Source of the DNA: Psammoneis japonica
Lineage: Eukaryota
Length of the DNA stretch: 64,000 nucleotides
Direction of reading: 5' to 3'
Assembly: GCA_008632985.1 (NCBI GenBank)
Contig: QPGO01000014.1
Span: 572,289-636,288 of the forward strand
The notes beneath the pieces are model-generated. The model saw nothing but the letters and a program-made list of their open reading frames with translations, did no database searches and was not told where the DNA came from. Made by a program: the position numbers and the translations under genes. Of the stretch, positions 49,295 through 61,779 are shown in pieces. Position 1 is the stretch's first letter. Every line of letters begins with the position of its first letter.

Positions 49295-50537
49295 ATGACG
49301 ACCGACTTTATTGCTTACAACGTTGATGATTACCAACAGAAGGCAAAGCTGGTCCTGCCAAAAGCACTGTACGAGTATCTGGCGTCTGGCACCGATGATG
49401 AGCAAACCCTCCGCGAGAATCGTTCGTCTTTTAATTTATGGTACCTGCGACCTCGTGTTCTTCGGTCCGTAGCAAACCTTTCAACGGCGACTCATTTGTT
49501 TGGCCAAGCTCTCGATTTTCCGGTGTTTGTCAGCCCGGCAGGAGTTCATGCGCTTTGCGACCCAAAACACGGCGAATGCTCATCAGCAAGGGCATGCGGG
49601 CGAGACGGGATCAAAACAATTTTTGGACTGTCACAGCATGCGACCAGGTCGATCGAAGATGTCGCTGCGGCGGCACCAAATTCAAATCTCTGGTACCAAT
49701 CGTATCTTCTCAAAGACCGCCAATTGACTCTTCGGCTCCTAAAACGTGCCATCCAAGCAGGCTACCAAGGCGTATTTCTAACTTTGGACTCTGTTAAGTT
49801 TGGATATCGTGAGGCGGATGCGCGCAATGGGTGAGTTAAAATGCGGCCTTTCTCACACATGGCTTTTTCGATAGAATGGGAGCTTACTTACCACCATTTG
49901 TCTCACACCTTCCAATTTGTTCAGTTTCAACGCCCTTCCGCCGCCTCACAGATTGGCCAATTATGACGAAGAAGGTCGATCAAACCTTGAACAGACGTAC
50001 AATGGCAAAGCTGAAAAGGCCTGGGATCAGAATTCTGAGCAAATGTTCAAGCAAGATGTCACCTGGGATGATCTGAGATGGCTCAAGCAACATTGCGAAG
50101 GCCTCCCGCTTGTTGTTAAAGGCATCATGACTGCGGAGGATGCCCGTTTGGCGGTGGAAAACGGCGCCGATGGAGTAATGGTGTCCAACCATGGTGGAAG
50201 AGCCCTCGGCACGTCACTGGCCTCCATTGACGCACTTCCTGAGGTTGCCAAGGCCGTTGGCAGCCGTGTTCCAGTGCTGTTGGACGGAGGAGTACGACGA
50301 GGGACGGATGTTCTAAAGGCGCTCGCGCTCGGCGCGACCGCAGTGGGTATCGGGAAACCCGTGTTCTTTGCCTTGTCCATAAATGGTGAAGAAGCGGTTG
50401 TAGATATGATGAAATTGCTAAAGACCGAGCTGGAAGCCGCCATGGCAATATGCGGCGTTGAAAGCATTTGCGAAATACAAGCAAGCCTTGTGACTCGTCA
50501 CCCCGTCCGTGAACCCTACATTCGTTCGTCGCTATGA
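49295..50537 (+). CDS. GOX: FMN-dependent (S)-2-hydroxy-acid oxidase / glycolate oxidase, probably peroxisomal
   Basis: LRPRVL, WYQSY, LVVKGIM, SNHGGR and DGGVRRGTDVLKALALGA motifs. Intron at 49831-49924. C-terminal PTS1-like SSL. Confidence 0.92.
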
Positions 50538-50612
50538 GAAGTTCTGAGGAGGCAGTTCTGTGACATCTAGCTAGAAATTTTTTTTTCATAGAACCATTAT
50601 CATGTACTTCCT

Positions 50613-51514
50613 CTACAGGTTGTTTTCTGTTTCCAGACGTGCCATTTCACTGAGTGTTATGCAATGCAGTCCTTTGGCCTGCACTCCTTCCAAAAAGGAC
50701 TCGATCGCGGTGAAACATGCTTCTCGAAAGCCGCGCTCAGGCATATGAAAAATGGCAATGCTCCCACCCGAATGTATCTGGCGCAACATCAATGGAGCAA
50801 CATGTCTTATGTCAGATGCTGAATCTGAGAAAGCCCAATCATCGCAGTAAGCGTCACCAAGAACATGTCTAAGACCTTGTTCGCTTATGACCTCCTTTAT
50901 GCGTCGCGTCAAAATTCCCTGAGGTGCTCGAAACCATCGACCACTCTCAAAACCTCCATCGATTTCATTTAAGAACTTGTTGGAATTCCGGAGTTCAGCA
51001 TCGAATTCGTCCTTTGATAGTCTGGAGTAATGCCCGGAAATATCTTCGCAAAGGTGATTTCCCAATTCATGGCACTCACGGACGAGTTCACTTGCAGTTT
51101 CAAGTGTCGTGTATTCGGTACAAACAAAGAAAGTTGCATGAGCATTGAAGCGTCGCAAAAGATCTTTATTTCCGGTAGCATTGACGATTCAGACCCTCCT
51201 CTCGAAAGCCCATCATCAATCGTCAACGCAACGTAGCCCTCCACGTTCTGCCCTTCAAAGTAAAACCGTGTGTCTCTGTACGCTGGAAAAAGTTTGACCA
51301 GCCGTGTAAGATTTCTTACCCCTATAGATGATGCCATAGCTTTCCAGAAAATTTTTATTGCACCCTTCGACATCGCTGCTTGTTGATGACTGTGCTGTAA
51401 GCTAGAAGCTGAGACGCGATGATAACATGGAGACCGAGCAGGCAATATGTTGTGGGGGAATGCACCGCATAAAACCAATGCGTATACCACAACAGCAATC
51501 TCCAGCCTCTTCAT
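50613..51514 (-). CDS. Polysaccharide deacetylase (CE4/NodB domain)
   Basis: VALTIDDG, ATFF, HELGNH, WFRAPQG, DDW and IAIFHM motifs, with a signal-like N-terminus. A 1-nt frameshift lies at about 51165. Confidence 0.85.
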
Positions 51515-51519
51515 GGGTG

Positions 51520-54500
51520 CCCAACACTGAAGCTATTCGCTCTTTTTGTTGTTGTCATCAAAGATCAAAGAAGCAACAGCATCGTCGTGTCACGGACAAC
51601 GTGCCCAATCACGAACGCGTCCGCACGCACTCCCTCCACACTCGTGACTAAAAAATTGAGGTTGATGTCAACGAAGTTTTCGCCGAGAGAGCGACGACAA
51701 CGACCATGACCCAAAGCACAAAGCAAAGCGGGTCGGGAGAAAGCAACAAAAAGCAACACCATGGCACGAGTTATCCCTTGCTACGGTCCCTGGAAGGGAA
51801 AGATTGTGACACTGTTGAGCCATCTTGTTCTGGCAATGTCATTCTCATCGAGCAGTCGCGGTGCCATCAACGTCAGAACAGCTGGGCAATCGCGACGTTG
51901 GTCTCGAGAACAAAGAATGCCCCGTGAATGGCACCACTCTACATCTGCTCAGCAAATACAATTTTTGAACAAGTGTTTGTGTGATTGTCATTTTTGTCAG
52001 CCATCCAACTGCGTGCTTTGGCTGCATCAAGAGAGACACTGCTGTCAATTGCCAATGATGCTGTGACCTCTGATGTCACATGCAGAGACAGTTTGAAAAA
52101 CAGTGCAGGTGGCCATCAGTGAGAGACAGAGAGTCACATGAAAGCAGGTGCACACAGCAGCCTCAAAATGACACTTGCCAAGTGAGCATGCTCTCACAAT
52201 CATTCTGTGCACGCAGCTTTTTGTTCATTGTCAACACAGCCAGTTGAACGCTCGCTCCTTTTTGTGTGCATGTTGGGATCCAAACATTGCTGAGTTGGCA
52301 ATTTTTGTGGTGCAAAATTTGATGTGCAATCTGTGCACATCATTTTCTGGGTTCTCTTTGTTTCTAACCAGCACTGAGCAACACAAAGTGCTTTTGGAAA
52401 TGCAGGCAGTTTTACTTGGACTGTGGTTGTCTTTGACAGATTCCACCAAAATTTCTAATTGAGAAGATGGAGTGAGAAAAATCACTCGAAAAATGTGAAA
52501 ATTGACCTGCTCACTCAATGACGTCAAACAGGGTGCACCAGATCACAAGGGAAAGTGAAGGCAACATTTGCGCTGCATGAAAGACAAAATGGCACATCAA
52601 CCAATGATGATGACACCTTCTGTCAGTCAACAATGGAGTGGCCTGCCTGTCAGCTCATTTTCTGATGCACGTGCCACAAAAGAATGTCTTGACGCATTGC
52701 ATGAACTGTGCATGTTGTGAGGGGCATTTTGGCATGATGTTGCGGCTGTGGGACTTTGCTGAGTTCCCTTCAATTGACTCCAAAGTCCAATTTGATTTGT
52801 TCATGATAGTCTCAACCCTCTTGCCTTGCCCAACAGTGGGCTTCAAACTCAAATCCCACCAAACAGCTCCAACTGCCAAAAACAGCTCCAACTGCCAAAA
52901 ACAAAAAGAGCCTCTGCTCTGGGGGGGGGGGGGGGTGTTTTGGATCACTGTCATTCAAGGTTCCCTTGTGTGCCACTGCAAAAGTGCTCCAAAACCATTC
53001 AGGGAATGTTCTAAAATGTGCCAATTTGTGTGGAAACCAAACTTTGGAGCCAGCCAACTCACCAAAGAGACAGAGGATTTGCTGTTGTGAACATGCAGTT
53101 GTCCTGGCTGTTCAAGCATGATGTGCAGCAGTGCAAAAGCTTCACAGATTAGATGGGTCAAGTGCCAAGAGGTGTGCACCCATCAAAACTGGTTTCTGTT
53201 TCCTGCAAACAAAAGAGTGCATCTTGGAAGCCTTGTGAGTTTTCAATGGCAGCACCTGCAGCCACAAACTGTTGTGATGTGTCACAACCACCATGTCAAA
53301 TTTGCATTGAGTCAGCTCCAAAATGATCTTGAATTGCCCCGAAATTTAAATGCCAGTGGACAAAAAAGGCGTTTTGTCATTCCTGCATTCTGCCATTCCG
53401 GGGCCACACCAAAAGTGCTCCGGGGCTGCACCAAAGCCATTCCCAAAGGGAATCTCTGGAAAAAGCCTGGCACCAAAACAGTGTTTTCAGATGATGCTCT
53501 GAATGAAGCCCCACCAGGAACATGCAGCACCATCAACCCACCTGCAGCAACAAAAATGCTTCTGCGCCATGGCAAGAGAGCTGCAGCAACAATCAGCACA
53601 AAGTGTCAAACTCACAGTGCACGACTGCACTGCTCACCATGCAAATGTGCCACCAAAAGCCACAGCAGATTCTCTTGCAGAAACAGTCATCTAGAGGCTA
53701 ACAAGGTCAGAATAGATTTGGAGTGGAGGCTTGCGTCATGCTTCAGCACTTTGCCAGGCATGTTGTTCTTCAAGTTGTGGGGCCTTTTTCAACATGAGGG
53801 CAATGTTCCTCATGGGTTTCTGCCCACTCACTTGTTGCACACCCTTGTTTTCTGAAGCTGCATTGTTCTGAAACCTGTTGAGCTGGGAACCTGTGTTGGA
53901 GTGCACAAAGACATGACAAGAAAATGATTTGTGTCAGAACAGAGTCAGCTGCAAATTTGAGGTTGCTGAGTGCCATCACTCCAACACCTGTTTTTGAAAA
54001 TCAATGCATTGGTGTCAGCTTTGTGCATGTTTTCATCTTAGATTGACTGGCAAAGCAGGTTTGTGGATGACAATGGCACGCAAGGTGACAGTGGACAGCG
54101 CTGACTTTTGCATCACATCAACGCAGCATCACCATTTGCCATTCGCCGTTCAACCCCATCTGGGGGTTGCATGGTCCTGCCAATGCAATGTTTCATTGAC
54201 TGCTCAGTGGTTGGTGATTGCAAACTTTTTTGTGTGCGTCGGGCAGTTGGTCAGTTGGTTGGGCAGTCAGGATGCTGGAGTGCCACCAGCATCACCAATG
54301 GGAAGTGCACAAAGATTGTGGCTTGCACACTCCTGCTGTCAATTGTGGGCCCATGGTGAGGCCCAAGACCTGAGAGCCAGCAGCTAACTGAGCAGCAACC
54401 TGCGGCAACTCAAAGCAGCATGTGATGGGAATCCTTGCACCTGGTCCTTCTGCTCAGTGGGCCCATCAACATTGTCAAAAACAGCAGTGAGATCCAGGGC

Positions 54501-55900
54501 CAGGACTGCCAGGAGATTGATGTGCTCCCAGCAATGGAGCCAGAGTCATTGCAGGCAACTGGGTCCTGTGAGCTGGCAGCCAGTGCCAACATGAGGTGCT
54601 GCTGCATGGCTGGGCTGGGGGTGCACCCAACCCAGCTTGGCTTTGCACATGATGAACTCACAAGAACAATGCTGCTGGCATGCCACAGCGTGGGGGTGGT
54701 GTGTGCCCAATGGAGTCACCCATGAGACATGCCCACACTGGTGAGCAATCTTTACTTGCCAGGTGGAGAGCTGGGTGGCAGCAGATGCCGGGTGTGTCAG
54801 CCACTTTTTCATCCTGTGGTTTCAACTGTCAAAAATCTGTGCCTTCCTTGTGATTCGCAGATGCTTTTTGAGAACGATCAACTGGGTGCAAAAAAGCATT
54901 GTCCAGAGTGAAAGATTTTTTTTCCATCTTTTTTCTGTCAAGCATTGCAAGTCATCATGTTGCCGATTTAACTTCTGCTGTCTTTAAGCCATCACTTGAA
55001 GTGCCTTCTTCTTTCCTTCTGTTTTGTTTTCACACACTGGAAAAACTTTTTTCACCAACTGTCTTGCTTCAATCATCACCAATTGAAGTCACTGCTGCCC
55101 CAATGCTGTCACTTGAAGTGCTTTTTTCCTTTCCTTCTTTGGCATCCTTGCACATGCAGCACACACACACTGAGGGGAAAAAGCTCATCTCAGGACATTG
55201 CAACAATCGACATGAAGACTTCTGCTGCTCTGCCAGACAGCCAATGCTGCTGCCAGTGTCGAGCAAAAAAGAACTGAGCACACATGCCAGCAGTGCGTTG
55301 GCATTGTCATCACAGGTGTGCCCACCTCAAACATGCAAAACAATCTCATTTTGTCTGCAGAAACAGAGTCAATCTCAGTCCCTTGTGGGGCACCACCAGC
55401 ACCAGGCCCAACAATGCCCTGCACACAAAAGAAGACTGAGGCAGCGCTGCTTGCCTTCCACGGCACTGTCCAGCAAAAAAAAACATGCACACACGCCAGC
55501 AGTGCACCGGCCCCAAAGGTTCCCACTTTGCTGTGCCAACCCCAACCCAATTCCTTGACCAACCTCTGCGGCTCCATTCCATCGCACCCAGATCTGCGAG
55601 ATTGAGTCGGCACGGTCTATTTGCGCTTTTTCTTCGTCTTTGGACTGCAGTGGCTCAGCCTCTCTGTCTCAGCCGGACTCTCCATTTCCTCGGAATCTCC
55701 ATTTCCGCCGGGCTCTTCCTCTCCGCTGGATTGGTCCACTGCTTCGTTGGGTTGCAAAGCGGTGCGATGAAGGAAAAAGGAATTACGACTGCAGGTCACC
55801 ACCTGCTTGTCCTGGTGGTTGACAGACTCTGGTGCGAAAGCTGCGTTCATGTCATTCCTACGGCATGTCGGATCATGGAAATTGGCACATTATTTTTGAA
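51520..55900. other. Second TpA/CpG-depleted block, probably a decayed transposon, family not recognised
   Basis: Same dinucleotide signature and Tyr-free ORFs as the 14.6-41.2 kb island. Poly-G at 52921 and a 19-bp doublet at about 52862-52900. Confidence 0.7.
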
Positions 55901-56161
55901 CGTTTTTGATTTCGCAGCACATCCCACCAGGGACATAAATATAGTTGAAACATCAGCTTTTTAGTTTGTAGTGCAGTTTTAGTGTCGAGAAGACGAAAGT
56001 TTTGGAGCAGGCACTCTCTAGAGTAGCAGATAGCGTGGGTAAAACATTACGTGGAACTATGTAGACTTTACATGAAAATTACACCTTCAGAGGGCGCCGG
56101 ATGTGACAAAATAAAGGCAACGTGTAACAAGTATGGTAAATGTTCCTTCTCTTCCTCACCG

Positions 56162-59100
56162 TCACTTGGAACTATCGAAAAAGTTTGCAGTAAAACTGAG
56201 GCTCACTCCCACGGAGCCAATGGCTTGATTGTTCACTGGATTGGTACCATGAAAGTACTGTTGACGGAACCATTCTGTCGGGGACAATGACACAGGCAGC
56301 TTGAAAAAGTTCACATTCTCCAAGGAAAAGTCAAACGAGTCCACAAGATAGGCAAATTTTCCACCCTCGGCATCGACGAGGAAAATACTTGTCCCGAACT
56401 TGATGCCGAGGGGAAGCACGTCATAGTTGTCATTTTTGTACAATGTCAAATCATGTTCCAAGGACAAGTAATAGTCCGACGGCTCATCAAAAATTGTCAA
56501 CGACATTGGGAAAAACCCCATGATGGAATCGTTGATAAACTTTTTGATTTTGTACTTGAGCTTGGATCCATACCATCGTTGGCTGAATTTCCTGTTCAAC
56601 ACCGATCCGTAGATTTCCTTTTCACCCTTTTTCACTTGCTTCTGAAGTTCTCTCATAAAGGTGACAAGCAGGCGGCTTCGTTCAAAGGCTTCGGGTGACT
56701 CCCAGTACTTGTCTTTGTAATCGTACTTCTTGACAAAATCGTCCATGGCATTCTCATAACTCGAATCGCTTGAATCTATGCCCTCCCATTCCCATTTGTC
56801 AACCGCATTAAAGGTGTCGTAAGCACCACAAATCTTGTCACAACCACTGACAAAAAAATAGCACAACTCATCGGATGGGTCGCTGTCTGGCTCAAAGCAC
56901 TCGATTTCGGGATCAACGCTCAACTCCTTGAAATAGCCCTGAAGGTTCTGATAGCTATGTGCGGGACGAGTGAGTCGCATGCCAACAAGTTTCGTTTCGC
57001 ATAGACGAGGGACAATGTTAGAAAAGACGCGTAATAGCAACATTCATAACGCAGTTTCGTCCCATCAGAAAAACTCACGTTGTTTCAATGAGGTGTCGGT
57101 AACTGTCCCGAGATTTTGTGTGGGAAACTCCAACCCCGGCTTTGAAGGCGTGGCTATGAAAGAACTTTCCATCTTTCATCCCGAATTTCAGTTTGTAGGT
57201 CATCTTTAATAAAGTCACGTCCACGAAATTACCAATCTTGGTTTTTCCCGCGTCTACGAAATCCTTTTGTTTTTTCCCAAACACCTTGATTTTGACATAC
57301 TTTCCATATTTACTTTGCGTATATTCCGTGAATTCAGGGTTCACAGGAATGGGAATACTGAACGATAGTTCCCAGTTGTTCTTGCCGTATGAGAACACCC
57401 CTGGGTTAGACTGAAGCTGTCGCCTTGTATCGATGATATCAGATACGACGGCTGCAAACCCGCTGAAGAGTTGTTCAATATGAAAAGTGTAGGTTTCCCA
57501 AGCATTTGTATCAAAAGCTGGCTTTACGCAAAGAGGAATCTCAACGTCGCAGCTTGGAAATGGTGGAAGGCCCGTCACATCTGCAAGGTAGCTCCCAACC
57601 GGTATCGTTTGATTCTTGTACCCATTGCATCCTACAATGCTGGTAAACATATTGTGAATTGCATCCGTCAACTTGTCCACATCTGGGAACGAACCTTGAA
57701 TCTTATCCCAAAAGTCATCCGCGAATGGGAATGTCGGTGTTTCGCCTGGAAAGAGCTTTGCATAGCAGTTGATATCCAATTCGCAACCAGTGACTCGAGA
57801 AACAAACGAGTCGATATCAGAGATGTCTACGTCGATACCACTGAAGATGTCTGACAGAGGTGATTCCATAGCGCTCAGGTCTGGAAACGAAGCGCCAACA
57901 CTTGACAACCGATGGGAGTCGAGAACCTCCCCTAGCTTTTGTCCGACACTTTAACGTGGGAGAAGAAAGATTCAAATCAAGGAGGATTATACCAGTCAGT
58001 GAGCGATCATCGAGATGGACGGTCTAACTTACAGAACGAAATATTACTTACGCTTGAAGCTGCAGTATGTCTGTGATCGAGGGTGGATCTGGAATCGTTG
58101 GGAAGTTGAGGGAATCAAGAATGTCATTGAATGCATCCTTTCCCTCCTTAAGCGCCTCTCTAGCATAATCCTTGAGCTCTGACATCAAATCTTCAAGTTT
58201 TTTCTGAATTTGCGAGGCAGATATCCTTTCATAATTCCTCTTCATGCATGCAAGGGGTCCAATAGTCCACTCGCCGTCTCTGCATTTTCTCTTGCACTGC
58301 CTGTAGTAGCCCTCAGCATTCTTCGTACCCTCTGGACAGGATGGGGTTGTACTCGGTCGTTCCTTCTTCTTTCTTTCACAAAGTGTTTTCGTAGCGTCCA
58401 GCGACAGATCACCGGGACTGCCAGGAGCAAAAGTTTTATGATACACAAGCGAGTGAGTGTTTCGCAAAAGCAAAATAAGAAGATGTTGAGTGTACGTACC
58501 ATGGCATGGCGCAAAGGCCAATTTGGGTCCCTGCAACCGTCCTGAGATCATAGCACTTGTCCCGTCCGTCAGGAAGTTTACCAACACACTTATCACTTGG
58601 GCTGTTCGAGCAGTACTCATCTTGCTTGTTGAGACACTTCTTGAAGTCGGGTTCTCCAATTTTCTTCAGATGATTACTGGCGTGTTTACTAAGTTCCCCG
58701 CATTTCATTGCGCAGCCTGGATACTCGGTCCTTTTCCAATTATCACCACACCCATCTGCATCAACTTTGAGCTTACTTTCCACCGGTAGGTACTTGTTTT
58801 TACAGAAGGGCCCCAAATCCCTGTATCCAGGCGGGCAAGTCGTCCAGCACGTGCCCTCCGCAGCACTATAACCATCGCCACATCCACCGTAACATCGCCA
58901 GGTTACAGGATCGTAGTTGGGGTGTGTGTCTGGGCAACTGTCTTTCGCCACGAGCCTGCTTCGAATGTCATCGCTGGGTAGCGGGAACTTAACCTTGACG
59001 TCAAATGCCTTCTCGAGCTGCTTCTTCACCTCCTCGAGTGGGGACATGGCTGTGTCAATGGCCGTCGCAACTGTGTTCAGGACCGTCTTCATTGCCTCCC

Positions 59101-60001
59101 AGGCGCTTGAAGTCAAAACATCCAACAGCCGGGCAATGCTCTCAAGCAGGAACTCCAAAGCGTTTTAAATGTGAACCACAATTTCTTCGAATGCATTGTG
59201 CGCATCGTTGAATCCAGGGATGAATTGCTGGAAGATGCTCTCACCACATTGGCCGTCCACAAGTTGGGCAAATTCATAGACCCCATCGAATGCTTCTGTA
59301 AGCTTGCCCACCGCTACCCGCATGTCATCTAGAATGTCGACAATGGCTTCATCGTACGGGGAGAACACAACCCTGTCCGCCGTGTCAAGCGCGTCTTTGA
59401 CAGGGACGATTGCGGTCTTGACACCTTCCACAGCAGGCACAAGAGGAACAAACACGAGCTGACCAATGACTGGAATGGCGGCCAGGCCGTTCATCACAAC
59501 CCCAACGCTGGTGGCAATCGTGTTCAAGGAGTTCACACTCTCCTTTGCTTCAACACCCTTCTGCACAAACCTCGTAACTGGGTTCAGTTCATTCTCAACA
59601 TCATCCTGCATGCTCGAGAGAAGTTCTAGATGCTCCAGCATCGACTCCGATGCGCATCCGAGCTCTCCGCAACTTGCCAGCCTTCGCACCTCTTGCTTCA
59701 TGGTGAAAATGCCATCTCTCGCCTTTCGAAGATGCGATGAGTGGTCCACCACCAAATCATCAACACCCATCCGTGCATTGAGAGGCAACGTGGATTTGCC
59801 CAGGCCACGCAGTCCAGTCTCTCCAGAGCTGGAGACACCAGCAGTGCGAGTGCCCTTTGGAATCATCTCATCAACAAAAGTGCCAGAGCTCCCATCTCCA
59901 ACCACTGCCTCGAGAAGGAAACAAAGAGTGAAGAAAGTCAAAGCAACTTTGGAGACAGAGCCACCTCCACTCATGTCGAGTTTGTGAACGAATAACCTCA
60001 T
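56162..60001 (-). pseudogene. Large secreted protein with a helical region and Cys-rich repeats, interrupted by an in-frame stop
   Basis: Signal-like segment (VALTFFTLCFLLEAVVG) and Cys repeats (CWTTCPPGYRDLGPFC). In-frame TAA at 59165-59167 (VVHI*NALEF). Plausible introns near 58418-58499, 57949-58051 and 56953-57078. Confidence 0.55.
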
Positions 60002-60107
60002 TTACGCTTTCACGTTTGCCTGTAGTTTGGTTTTACCTATGACAAGTGTGAGCTGAACTCGCCTCATCATTCATTTTGTACGAGTTACAATGGGTTTCTT
60101 TTGCTTT

Positions 60108-61040
60108 TCGAACTTCAACTTCCCTTGTAGTTTGCCGAAGATTGTTGACATGAAAGATCGCGAGAGGGAAACGTAGAACTTGTACTAGCTGCATGCGTAA
60201 GAACTTCAACTTCCCTTGTAGTTTGCCGAAGATTGTTGACACGAAAGATCGCGAGAGGGAACTAACATTTATGTCGTAGAACTTGTACTAGCTGCGTGCG
60301 TGAAAACTTCAACTTCCCTTGTAATTTGCCGAAGATTGTTAGTTGACACGAAAGATCGCGAGAGGGAACTAATATTTATGTCGTAGAACTTGTACTAGCT
60401 GCGTGCGTGAAAACTTCAACTTCCCTTGTAATTTGCCGAAGATTGTTAGTTGACACGAAAGATCGCGAGAGGGAACTAACTAACATTTAAGTCGTAGAAC
60501 TTGTACTAGCTGCGTGCGTAAAGACTTCAACTTCTCTTGTAATTTGCCGAAGATTGTGACACGAAAGATTTCGATTGCCAGAGGGAAAATTATAATATGT
60601 ATGTGTACATGTAAGAACGTCAAGGTCATTGGCTAACATTATTTATGTCGTAGAACTTGTACTCTACCTCTCTAGCTAGCTAGCTGCGTACCACACCGAA
60701 TACGGCGCCACAATTAATTCAAATATCGCGCGGACAGCCTACAATCTTGCGCGCGACAACTGCCCCTTACTCGTACGACTGCATTTACCACATGACACCC
60801 ACTTTTTCACTGTGAGAACGTCAAGGTCATTGGCTAACATTTATGTCGTAGAAATTGTACTCTACCTCCAGCTGCGTGCGCAAAAACTTAAACTTCCCTT
60901 GCAATTTGCCAAAGATTGTTGACACGAAAGATCGCGAGAGGGAAACATGGAACTTGCACTCTCTGGCTGCGTGCGCAAAAACTTCAGCTTCCCTTGTAGT
61001 TTGCCGTAGATTGTTGACACGAAAGATCGCAAGAGGGAAA
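60108..61040 (+). repeat. Satellite-like repeat of 90-110 bp units (five at 60110-60590, two at 60870-61040), possibly subterminal repeats of the adjacent MULE
   Basis: Core aacttcaacttcccttgta(g/a)tttgccgaagattgttgacacgaaagatcgcgagaggga. Confidence 0.9.
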
Positions 61041-61779
61041 AAAAACACAAATCCTGTCCCCACCTGCATGAGTCCCCCATGTCCGCATGCCGGGTGCACC
61101 CTGCCCGACCACCCCACAAGCCGCTCCCAGCTATCTGGCGGAATCTCTCTCCTGTCTTTTTTGTTGTTTTCTCTCTTTTTGAATTTCCATGCTTGTCCCA
61201 ACAAATGAGGATTTTTCTTTTGCCCACATTTGAAGAGCATTCAGAATCTTCATTGCCCCAGACCATTTTTTGAAGACTCGTCTCTCCGCACACTTTCATC
61301 TCAAACCAAGTGACACAAGCATCGGCCACACGGACAGCTCCGGCTCATCGTTTGCAAGTTTGTGTGTGTCCCCCCCCCCTGGTTGTGCCAAAGCAATGGT
61401 TCCTCATCTTTGTTTCTTGCTCTGGCCAGGCGGCAACATCGCTTGGCATTGAAGCAAGCTCTGATTCTGTTCAGGAGGCGATGCGTTCCAGCTCCAGGTG
61501 GGACCTCGTACCACTGAACTGTGACATCAACAGTTTTTTGGATCGTGCCGCATGTCATGCAAGTGGATGGCTACATGTGACATTCTACGAAATTGTTTCA
61601 CACTTCCTGTTTTGCGAAGCCAAAGGCTTTCTATTTTCTGCAGTTGTGACAATGAAAATGCGCTGGGTGTGTTCTTTAATGTCTGTGGAACACACCCACA
61701 CAAACCATTGTTCATGTGCTTAAAGTGTGAAGAAGGAGATACGTTCATAAAATTGCCTCTTTTTCTGTTGGCAATCATT

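Noticed and set aside
60108..60590. CRISPR-like array
   Set aside because: The units are 90-110 bp and the intervening parts are also repeated, so there are no unique spacers. There are no cas genes and the context is eukaryotic.
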